A stretch of 64,000 nucleotides of DNA from Nitrososphaerota archaeon. Lineage in GTDB: Archaea > Thermoproteota > Nitrososphaeria > Nitrososphaerales > Nitrosopumilaceae. The stretch lies in contig JAGWFT010000001.1 in the NCBI GenBank assembly GCA_028867755.1, positions 708,727-772,726 on the forward strand. Direction: 5' to 3'. This document shows, one piece after another, positions 30,023 through 37,701 of this stretch (positions are counted from its first letter, which is position 1; each line of letters starts with the position of its first letter). Position numbers and translations under genes: made by a program. The notes beneath the pieces were generated by a model, which saw nothing but the letters and a program-made list of their open reading frames with translations, was not told the origin of the DNA and searched no databases.

Positions 30023-30302
30023 TTCTCAAGCTGAAAAAACCTTAGTGTTAAACTCTCTACAATCACATTTTCTCCCATCAGGATTTACATGGATACAATA
30101 CCCATGAGGAAAATGATCGTGCCTGGGATGACTACAATCTATCCTATCGCATGTTTCGTAAAGGCTCATTACTTTGGTATGGATTTGGTAGGATAAAGAG
30201 AATGTGGTTGACTCTACACCATGACAGAGTCTTTCCTATCTGTAATGTACACTGTCAATAATTAAATACAATTGAAGCCTTGAAAATATCTAGACTAAGA
30301 AA

Positions 30303-31355
30303 ATGACAATTCATGTTCATGGATATGCAGCACAGCAAGCAAAAACATCTCTTGGCCCGTATTCTTTTGAGAGACGCGAGCCTTGTGATTACGATATTGT
30401 GATTGATATTGGATACTGCGGAATATGCCATACAGACATACATCAAGTAGGCGATGAGTGGGGAGGATCAACATTTCCAATGGTCCCAGGACACGAAATA
30501 ACAGGTATTGTCTCACAAGTTGGACCAAAAGTAACTCGATACAAGATAGGTGACAGGGTAGGTGTTGGATGTTTTGTCAACTCTTGTCGCAAGTGCGAGC
30601 CTTGTCGTAAAAACCTTGAACAGTATTGTACAGAGGGAATGACTACAACTTACAATGGAATTGAAAGAGATGGTACTCCAACTCAGGGAGGATATTCGAA
30701 CAAAATCGTGGTAGATGAAAACTATGTGCTTTCGATTCCTGATAATCTTCCTCTAGACAAGGCAGCACCACTTCTATGTGCTGGTATCACGCTTTATTCT
30801 CCTCTAATGCATTGGAAGGCAGGCCCTGGAAAAAAAGTCGCTATCATAGGTCTTGGTGGTATAGGTCACATGGGAGTAAAACTTGCACATGCACTTGGTG
30901 CAGAAGTTACAGTACTCAGCCATTCGCTCAAAAAACAAGAAGATGGCAAAAAATTGGGCGCAGACTATTTCTATGCTACCTCTGATCCTAAAACCTTTGA
31001 GAAACTCAAAGGATATTTTGACCTAATAATCAATACGGTATCAGCCGAGCTTGACTGGAACCAATACTTGGAACTGCTTACCCTTGATGGTGCAATGGTC
31101 GTAGTCGGAATCCCAGAGAAGCAAACCTCTATCGGGTCATTTCCTCTAGTTGCTGGTCGTCGTAGTCTTGCAGGCTCGCTTATCGGTGGCATTAAAGAGA
31201 CCCAAGAGATGCTTGATTTTTGCAGCAAGAATAACATCGCAAGCGAAATCGAACTTGTCCCAATTCAAAAAGTAAATGAGGCTTACAAGCGCATCCTCAA
31301 TAGTGATGTTCGATATAGGTTCGTCATTGATATCAAGTCACTTGAACAAAAGTGA
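30303..31355 (+). CDS. NAD(P)-dependent Zn alcohol dehydrogenase (cinnamyl-ADH/YahK family)
   Basis: CGICHTD, PGHEI.G, structural Zn CxxCxx[23 protein letters not shown]. Confidence 0.93.
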   Translation: MTIHVHGYAAQQAKTSLGPYSFERREPCDYDIVIDIGYCGICHTDIHQVGDEWGGSTFPMVPGHEITGIVSQVGPKVTRYKIGDRVGVGCFVNSCRKCEPCRKNLEQYCTEGMTTTYNGIERDGTPTQGGYSNKIVVDENYVLSIPDNLPLDKAAPLLCAGITLYSPLMHWKAGPGKKVAIIGLGGIGHMGVKLAHALGAEVTVLSHSLKKQEDGKKLGADYFYATSDPKTFEKLKGYFDLIINTVSAELDWNQYLELLTLDGAMVVVGIPEKQTSIGSFPLVAGRRSLAGSLIGGIKETQEMLDFCSKNNIASEIELVPIQKVNEAYKRILNSDVRYRFVIDIKSLEQK

Positions 31356-31473
31356 TAGTCATACAGGATCAGAATTTTTGAATCTGGCATCACTTAGAAA
31401 TTTGTTATTGCAATTATAGGGATTAGAGTTCTATAGAGATCATGCGTATATACTTGGAAAACAATTATGATCA

Positions 31474-31974
31474 ATGACAACTGAAAAGACCGAAGTCTCT
31501 GCAGTAGAGAACATGACTAAACAAGAAATGACTAAAATAATAAAAACTGCTAAAAGAGAAGCTGAATCTTCAAAAAAAGAGGGAACTGTTTCAATTTATG
31601 ATGTCATGAAAAACAACACATCGGAAATAATTCAAAAAATGGAATTAAAACTTCCCACCTATACACAGCTTTATACAGACCTTTACACAAAATATCTGCA
31701 TACTATAGACGATCTTTATGGTACTTGTTATCTGTCTGAAAAGAAATTTTTTGACAAGTTAGGAATGGACAAGACAGTAGTCCGAGCCTTTGATGCTTAT
31801 TGTAAATCTGTTACCTCTGTAATGCTATCACAGATTGATATGAGTGCAGATTTTGCAAAAATGTACGTGCAATTTAGACTTGCCACAATAGACTCGTATG
31901 ATAAAGTCGTCCATCTTGTGATGGATAGCTATGCAAGAGCATGGGATCAGTTCAACTCATACAATAAAAAATAG
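31474..31974 (+). CDS. All-helical hypothetical protein
   Basis: Long ORF with coding-like composition. Confidence 0.7.
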   Translation: MTTEKTEVSAVENMTKQEMTKIIKTAKREAESSKKEGTVSIYDVMKNNTSEIIQKMELKLPTYTQLYTDLYTKYLHTIDDLYGTCYLSEKKFFDKLGMDKTVVRAFDAYCKSVTSVMLSQIDMSADFAKMYVQFRLATIDSYDKVVHLVMDSYARAWDQFNSYNKK

Positions 31975-31996
31975 TCATACCAAATAATTGCAAGAG

Positions 31997-32581
31997 TCAT
32001 CCTAGTAACATTCCTCTGCGATAGATCCTACCTTTGCAAGATTCAGATATGGATCCAATTTGACCTTCTATATGGATAACACCTCCTGACATGTAAGTGC
32101 CAACATGACCGCCTGCACTACCTTGTATTGTAATCTCACCTCCTGACATGTTATATCCGACGTAATATCCGGCACTACCTTGTATTGTAATCTCGCCTTC
32201 TGACATACGTTCCCCAACATAATCCCCTACGTTACCTTGAAATGCAATTTTACCCTGTTTGAGTCTATAACCAATGCAATCAACAGGGCAACCTAGATTG
32301 GGAAAGTCGAGCGTTACTATGTCATTCTTTTTTATTATCTTGTTTATTGCTGCTGAGATGAAGAGACCAGCAGTCCAGTAGTTTGCCTTGTCTGAGAAGG
32401 ACTCTCTGTTTATCAAGCCTGCAAAAATTGACACATCGTTGAGGGTGAGGCCAAGTCTTTCAATCTTTGACGACGCGGATTTGTAAGACTCTTCAGAAGT
32501 TAAACTGTTGGCATCAACAATGTATTCTCTGAAGATTTTGGCAATGGCGTATGTTATGTCGTTTGAGTTTTCTCTGGCCAC
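31997..32581 (-). CDS. Protein with C-terminal GXGXG beta-helix (FwdC/GltB C-domain-like) repeats
   Basis: GNVGDYVGERMSEG / GSAGYYVGYNMSGG / GSAGGHVGTYMSGG 19-aa repeats. Confidence 0.8.
   Translation of the reverse strand: MARENSNDITYAIAKIFREYIVDANSLTSEESYKSASSKIERLGLTLNDVSIFAGLINRESFSDKANYWTAGLFISAAINKIIKKNDIVTLDFPNLGCPVDCIGYRLKQGKIAFQGNVGDYVGERMSEGEITIQGSAGYYVGYNMSGGEITIQGSAGGHVGTYMSGGVIHIEGQIGSISESCKGRIYRRGMLLG
32081..32206. repeat. 57-bp tandem repeat (about 2.5 copies) within the GXGXG gene
   Basis: gcactaccttgtattgtaatctc at 32115 and 32172; acctcctgacatgt at 32081 and 32138. Confidence 0.85.
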
Positions 32582-32727
32582 ACATCATGGAATGTTTTGT
32601 CCCTCTTTAGTTTTAATATCTTGATTTTCCATAGTCTTGTTTATTGTATACACAAACTAGCAAAAAATATACTGATAATGCCTGTAAACAAGAGCAACAA
32701 TATTAGCCACATCTACGTATCACTCCG

Positions 32728-33144
32728 ATGTTCCAAAACATACTGGTCGCAGTGGATGGTTCGGAATCTGCAAGTAAGGCATTCAAAAGAGCCGCCTACC
32801 TTGCTCAAAGATGCAATTCCAAGATAGATTTGGTTCATGTGGTACAGTGCGAGGTTGGAGGTGACAGTGCCAATACCTTTGAGATGATAGAGGATCTCAA
32901 AGACAAGGCCAAAAGAATGCTTGAGGAATACAGAGTTGAGGCTATGAAAAATAATGTACCGATACAGATAACCATAATGCAAGGCGATCCTGCCAAGACA
33001 ATAATTGAGATTGCAAAGGCAAAAAGTTACGACCTTATCATTATGGGGACAAGAGGTAGGTCATCTTTTCAGGAATTGTTAATTGGCAGCGTCTCACAAA
33101 AGGTGATGCATCATGCAAGCTGTCCCGTAATGGTCGTGAGATAG
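32728..33144 (+). CDS. Universal stress protein (UspA family)
   Basis: ILVAVDGSE, GDPA..I, DLIIMGTRG, LLIGSVSQKV.HHA.CPV.VVR. Confidence 0.95.
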   Translation: MFQNILVAVDGSESASKAFKRAAYLAQRCNSKIDLVHVVQCEVGGDSANTFEMIEDLKDKAKRMLEEYRVEAMKNNVPIQITIMQGDPAKTIIEIAKAKSYDLIIMGTRGRSSFQELLIGSVSQKVMHHASCPVMVVR

Positions 33145-33220
33145 CATAATTTTAGAGATAAAGTCTTACAGGATCAAGAGTCTGCATTAAAATCAGACTT
33201 TCATAACCACATTTCTTTTG

Positions 33221-33511
33221 CTACTGCCAAGTTATCTTTAGGAATACCAGGGAGCCAGCAAGCTGTACTATGCGAACAATCAGAACAAACGGCAAGAGTG
33301 CAGCCTGATACAAGTCAAACATGACGAAGTATGTGTATACATTGATTGCATTATCTAAAAAGAGCATTGCAACAAAAAAGATCATTCCAAGGTGAACCTG
33401 TGATTTTGTTTTTGAATGCATCTTTACAAAGGTAGCAATTAGAACGCTGAATACTCCCATGTTTGCCATTGCAACAATGGCACAGTATGGAATAATTGTG
33501 ATCAAACTCAT
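33221..33511 (-). CDS. Small 3-TM membrane protein downstream of tandem wHTH regulators
   Basis: Three hydrophobic segments; 12 nt from the upstream gene. Confidence 0.75.
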   Translation of the reverse strand: MSLITIIPYCAIVAMANMGVFSVLIATFVKMHSKTKSQVHLGMIFFVAMLFLDNAINVYTYFVMFDLYQAALLPFVLIVRIVQLAGSLVFLKITWQ

Positions 33512-33523
33512 TCACCCTGTAAT

Positions 33524-33892
33524 TTACTTGTCTCTGTACAAGTTTGCAGCAAGCTCATCAAAGATAGCAATGTTTACCTCAAGAAAAGTGGAAAGAAAAT
33601 AGGTTGTACCATACTTTTCACCCACGTGTGACACTAGGTTATTTTTTTCGAGAACTCCAATGTGATGCTGTATTGCCCTATAGTTTAGTTCAAGCTCTTT
33701 TGCAAGTTGGTGTGCATTGAGCGGTGACTTTTTCAATGCAAGAACCATTCTTATTCGGTTCTGACCTCCTCGAGAATTTGCAAATACCATCCATAGTAAA
33801 TTCTTTGCATAGGGTAACTCTGTGTCCTTTTGGTTCGAATCTTCTACAGTTCTATGATTGTGATATGATGATACAGTATCAAATGTGCGCAT
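33524..33892 (-). CDS. ArsR-like winged helix-turn-helix regulator (copy 1)
   Basis: SRGG.NR, NA.QLA..L.LNYRAIQHH..VLEKNNL. ATG 33892 lies 23 nt below a TATA-like box. Confidence 0.88.
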   Translation of the reverse strand: MRTFDTVSSYHNHRTVEDSNQKDTELPYAKNLLWMVFANSRGGQNRIRMVLALKKSPLNAHQLAKELELNYRAIQHHIGVLEKNNLVSHVGEKYGTTYFLSTFLEVNIAIFDELAANLYRDK

Positions 33893-33914
33893 AGTGGCAT
33901 CTTTACGTGATAAC

Positions 33915-33946
33915 ATAAATACATTTTTCAAGATTGAGTGCAAATT
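33915..33946 (-). promoter_or_regulatory. TATA-like box plus shared upstream motif (copy for wHTH1)
   Basis: Minus strand aatttgcactcaatcttgaaaaat-gtatttat; 19/24 identical to the copy at 35740. Confidence 0.6.
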
Positions 33947-34252
33947 CTATTCCTTGGCTCCATAGGCTTTCGACACGATTTCATTATATGCTTCTATATT
34001 GGCTTCAAAAAAGGTAGAAGGGAAATAGGTTGTACCATATTTCTCACCGACTTTTGTAATGAGGTTATTTTTTTCTAGTACCTCGAGATGATGCTGTATT
34101 GCCCTATAGTTTAATCCTAAATCATTTGCCAACTGGTTGGCATTGCGTGGAGACTTTTGTAATGCAATCATGATCTTGACTCTATTTTCTCCGCCTCTTG
34201 AGCTGGCAAAGATAAAAAAGAGAAGATTTTTTGCATATGGCAAGCTCGGCAT
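33947..34252 (-). CDS. ArsR-like winged helix-turn-helix regulator (copy 2)
   Basis: 59/83 identical residues to copy 1 by manual alignment; identical LNYRAIQHH helix. Confidence 0.9.
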   Translation of the reverse strand: MPSLPYAKNLLFFIFASSRGGENRVKIMIALQKSPRNANQLANDLGLNYRAIQHHLEVLEKNNLITKVGEKYGTTYFPSTFFEANIEAYNEIVSKAYGAKE

Positions 34253-34337
34253 TTGAACGATTAAACGTCAACGTAATGCGGTTAAAGATGTTATGAGCAA
34301 GTGACCAAATCTTGTATTAAAAAAAGAAAAGGAAGGG

Positions 34338-35708
34338 TTAGGAAACGACTATGGTTCCACGCATCTGTGAATGGATCATACATGCATAATCGTATGTTCC
34401 AGGCTTGTTGAAAGTAAACGTGAATGTCTTTCCTGGTTTGAGGAATCCACTATCAAAGGTTCCATCCGCACTGGTAGTTCCTGGCTTGACTGATGTTACA
34501 GTATGTGTGGCACCATCGGTGTTCACAAAAGTTACAGTTGTTCCTGCCTTGATGTTAAGCACATCTGGCGTGAAGAATGGTGATTCCAAGCCATTGATGT
34601 ATACTGTGTTTGGTGGTGGATTGGCATTTGTGTCAGTTGTGGATGATAACGCACTTCCAGTTGGTTCTGAGACAAACACGTTAAAGTCTGTGTATGCCGC
34701 TCCCCACATGTAGTTTGAGAGAGCGCTTGGTTGAAGTTTAACATCCATAACATATGGCCCTGAACTTGGAAAAATCTCAGTCAATGACTCTACACCAGTG
34801 TGACCATGGACTGCTCCATTCATAGCAAGTGCTCCTTCGACTGGTGCAGATTGTGCTACAATGTAACCTCCAGTTGATGCAGTAACTTGCAGGTCAGGAT
34901 GTATAATCATGGAATGATCCTGAGCTTTTGTCACAGTAAAGACAAAAGTTACAGGCTGTCCTGCGACAATTTTGTTCGAGGTCGTGCTAAACTCTAAATT
35001 GACTGCAGTTCCTGGAATTGTTCCATTGAGTGTATGTGTCTGGTCTATGTTTTGCACATAAACTGGAAACTCAAACTCTCTTGCTCCAAAATTATTTTGT
35101 GGATCCTTGGCAAAGTCCTTTGGACTTCCAGATAGCATTGTATGAGTCCATCCTTTAGGAGTTGGTTCCAATCCGCCCATTGTAGTTCCAATTGATGATA
35201 CAGTCAGGTATACAGTACTTTCACCTGCTGTTGGAAAAGCTACACTAAAGCCCATGTTTCCAACGTGGGAATGTCCAGTTGTTGTTTTGTAGACAAGGTT
35301 TCCATTTGGATCTTTTACTGCTATTGCCCAATCAACATGGCTAAGCTTTGCTCCAGAGACTGAGTCTTTTACATGCATCTGGATTGAGGCTAGGTTATTT
35401 GTTTGAATCATTGGGGTCGCAGTAAAGTCTACTGTGACATTGTCAGATGTCTTTGATAGCGGCGTATTCTGTGTATCGCTGTCCTTCATTTCATTTGACT
35501 GGCCAGAGCTCATCGAATCTTGCCCATACATCATTGCTGTCATATCATGATGTGGTGCGGTCATCGAATTGTTGTCTGCAGTCATTGCACTGGCTTGCCC
35601 TAGATCTTGCATCTTGTTGTCATGCGACATAAGGTCAAGCGGTACAATCATTGCAAGTACAGCAACAGTTGCTATAACTATTGTTGTAATAGCTAAGTTT
35701 GTTTGCAT
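34338..35708 (-). CDS. Secreted multidomain protein with C-terminal plastocyanin/azurin type-1 copper domain
   Basis: Signal/anchor, Met/His-rich linker, two beta domains with GHSH/HGH, then HTVT...YACMIHSQMRG (His-Cys-His-Met). Confidence 0.88.
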   Translation of the reverse strand: MQTNLAITTIVIATVAVLAMIVPLDLMSHDNKMQDLGQASAMTADNNSMTAPHHDMTAMMYGQDSMSSGQSNEMKDSDTQNTPLSKTSDNVTVDFTATPMIQTNNLASIQMHVKDSVSGAKLSHVDWAIAVKDPNGNLVYKTTTGHSHVGNMGFSVAFPTAGESTVYLTVSSIGTTMGGLEPTPKGWTHTMLSGSPKDFAKDPQNNFGAREFEFPVYVQNIDQTHTLNGTIPGTAVNLEFSTTSNKIVAGQPVTFVFTVTKAQDHSMIIHPDLQVTASTGGYIVAQSAPVEGALAMNGAVHGHTGVESLTEIFPSSGPYVMDVKLQPSALSNYMWGAAYTDFNVFVSEPTGSALSSTTDTNANPPPNTVYINGLESPFFTPDVLNIKAGTTVTFVNTDGATHTVTSVKPGTTSADGTFDSGFLKPGKTFTFTFNKPGTYDYACMIHSQMRGTIVVS

Positions 35709-35730
35709 GACATGGTTCTGCTTATAAAAT

Positions 35731-35773
35731 TATATAGCAATATTTCAAAATCAAGTGTAAATTATATGCAAAT
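35731..35773 (-). promoter_or_regulatory. TATA box plus shared upstream motif (copy for the 456-aa cupredoxin)
   Basis: 43-nt block with 38/43 identity to 36493-36535. Confidence 0.75.
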
Positions 35774-35933
35774 CTCTAGAATTGTTTTATGGTCGGGAAA
35801 GTAGTCAATTATTTGATGCTAGATATGAACAAAGTTATGCAGATTATTGATAGACCTTATTGTATAAAAAATTAAAAAAAATAACATGATGCTATTGCCA
35901 GCGTGATCTGCTGATTATATTGCGGCATCATAC

Positions 35934-36464
35934 TTAGTTGATTCTCGGAAGGACCACTATCTCGCCACGCATGTTTGGCTCGTGCATTGAACACCAAAAG
36001 TCGATTGTTCCAACATTGTCTGCTGTAAAGGTAATGGTTTTCATCTCTCCTCTATGAATGTCAAACTGGGGAGCAATTCCGTCTACAGTTATCATATGTT
36101 CTGGTCCCTGGACATCTACAAAGTTGAGAGTAACTTGGTCGCCTTGGTTTACAACAATTACTGAAGGTGCAAACATGTACTGCCTTACCTTCCATCCTCC
36201 CATACTATCTATTTTTTTTATTACCAAGCCGCCTCCAGAGGGAAGGGTTGAGTTTGGATATGGCTCTGACGGGTGATCGGAGGCTGGATAAATGCTGGTT
36301 ATACCATCTAGGTGGACTGTTGCTATGTAGAATGTCTTTTGTGACGCGGCAGAAGCCGTATTGGTTTGTCCGAACATTTGTCCTTCAAGAGAAACCGTGG
36401 CAATGACTCCAGCTATTGCAGCTATTGTCAGGCCAAGAATTACACTCTTGTTTAGATTTTTCAT
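35934..36464 (-). CDS. Membrane-anchored cupredoxin-domain protein
   Basis: N-terminal TM; PSVIVVNQGD.V.L, EHMITV, FWCSMHEPNMRG (type-1 Cu ligands). Confidence 0.88.
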   Translation of the reverse strand: MKNLNKSVILGLTIAAIAGVIATVSLEGQMFGQTNTASAASQKTFYIATVHLDGITSIYPASDHPSEPYPNSTLPSGGGLVIKKIDSMGGWKVRQYMFAPSVIVVNQGDQVTLNFVDVQGPEHMITVDGIAPQFDIHRGEMKTITFTADNVGTIDFWCSMHEPNMRGEIVVLPRIN

Positions 36465-36492
36465 ATAGTCAAAAAGTAATTTATTAGAAAGC

Positions 36493-36607
36493 TATTTAGT
36501 AATATTTCAAAATGATGTGTAAATTACATGCAAATTACCTTTTTATCACTAGTTGACAATGTTAGTTCAACAGTAATTTGCATGTAATTTTGAAAAATCT
36601 CTTTATG
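36493..36607. promoter_or_regulatory. Divergent promoter pair with perfect 18-bp inverted repeat
   Basis: aaattacatgcaaattac (36521-36538) and gtaatttgcatgtaattt (36573-36590), each leading into TTTTGAAAWAT and a TATA-like box. Confidence 0.75.
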
Positions 36608-36628
36608 TTATTATGATATTAGAATCTC

Positions 36629-36677
36629 GGTTCGATTCATTTAACATGTTCTCAACCCCGTACGATTGAATCGAACC
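36629..36677 (+). ncRNA. Candidate small structured RNA or leader (11-bp stem)
   Basis: ggttcgattca (36629-36639) / tgaatcgaacc (36667-36677), beginning about 23 nt below a TATA-like box at 36600-36607. Confidence 0.3.
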
Positions 36678-36749
36678 AACTAAAATTTTCAAAAATTCGA
36701 AATAAAACTATTATTTGTTTCCAGTAATATGTCGCATCATGCAGTTGTG

Positions 36750-36793
36750 ATTTGTATAAAATTTGTATGTGAATTCGAAATATCGCTAAATAA
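36750..36793 (+). promoter_or_regulatory. Shared upstream motif plus TATA-like box (copy for the EGIDGIP-repeat gene)
   Basis: 31/44 gapless identity to the reverse complement of 36492-36535; box ends 24 nt before ATG 36816. Confidence 0.65.
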
Positions 36794-36815
36794 TAAATTT
36801 TTAATCTTGCTGTCA

Positions 36816-37475
36816 ATGACTAAAAAAATACTATTGGGAATTGCTATGGCAGCAATTGTGTTGGCCTTGGGGATAGGAACACAAAACTTTGCTCTAGCAA
36901 TGACAGACAATGCACAAGGTGGTGTTGCTAAAAATGTATCATCTCCAACATTTGTATCATCCACTGATTCCATGATGTTAGTGGCAACTTCGCCCACTGC
37001 TAAAGGCGGTAAGGCTACTTTCGCATTGGTACCAAGACCTGCTGAAGGGATAGATGGAATACCAGTTCCAAAACAAGCTGCACCTGATATGATACTGGTT
37101 GCAACATCAAATGGTAGACATATCAGTTATACGTTAGTACCAAGACCCATTGAAGGGATAGATGGAATACCACTTCCAAAACTAATTCAGCAGAACTCAG
37201 AGACTACAGTATCCTCTCCCAAATCTACTGATCCAAGTCCTATGATGCTTGTGGCAATTTCTCCTACTAAAAAGGGAGGAAGTACTACCTTCATGTTAGT
37301 GCCAAAGCCAGTCGAGAATGTAGATGGAATACCAATGCAAAAACAGACAAGTCCTGACATGATACTGGTTGCACAGCCATCGCCCAATGGCGGTAAGCCT
37401 ATCTTCACATGGATACCAAAACCTGTTGAAGGTATAGACGGTATACCACTCACAAAATCGCCTCCAAATAGCTGA
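36816..37475 (+). CDS. Secreted protein with four (M/I)LVA...LVP(R/K)PxEGIDGIP repeats
   Basis: Signal peptide MTKKILLGIAMAAIVLALGIGTQNFALA; repeat cores at 37044, 37152, 37314, 37428. Confidence 0.85.
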   Translation: MTKKILLGIAMAAIVLALGIGTQNFALAMTDNAQGGVAKNVSSPTFVSSTDSMMLVATSPTAKGGKATFALVPRPAEGIDGIPVPKQAAPDMILVATSNGRHISYTLVPRPIEGIDGIPLPKLIQQNSETTVSSPKSTDPSPMMLVAISPTKKGGSTTFMLVPKPVENVDGIPMQKQTSPDMILVAQPSPNGGKPIFTWIPKPVEGIDGIPLTKSPPNS

Positions 37476-37505
37476 TCTCCTTCAGTGTAAAACCAGTGGA
37501 AAAAA

Positions 37506-37537
37506 TAAAACACGAAAGATCAATCTCTCGTGTTTTA
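37506..37537 (+). terminator. Stem-loop downstream of the repeat gene
   Basis: taaaacacga / tcgtgtttta 10-bp inverted repeat. Confidence 0.45.
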
Positions 37538-37701
37538 GAAAGGTAATGCACTAAAATGGTTGGAGTCCTCCCCTCTTCTTTTTAAATTTGGAACATACCT
37601 GAGATAACCTAGCTCAATCAACAAAACACTAATGGGTCTGAAATTATACTAAAAGACAATACAATGTCATTTCTTCAAATAAAAAAGGTCACAGATATCT
37701 C

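Noticed and set aside
30060-30265. Startless frame (…RKGSLLWYGFGRIKRMW…) vaguely resembling a transposase C-terminus
   Set aside because: No DDE motif, terminal inverted repeats or target duplication visible; too weak to call an IS remnant.
30295-30528. Cys/His-containing minus-strand ORF
   Set aside because: Lies antisense to the alcohol dehydrogenase 5' end; a shadow ORF.
32081-37448. Short direct repeats as a CRISPR array
   Set aside because: The repeats are in-frame coding repeats or promoter motifs, with no regular unique spacers and no cas genes.
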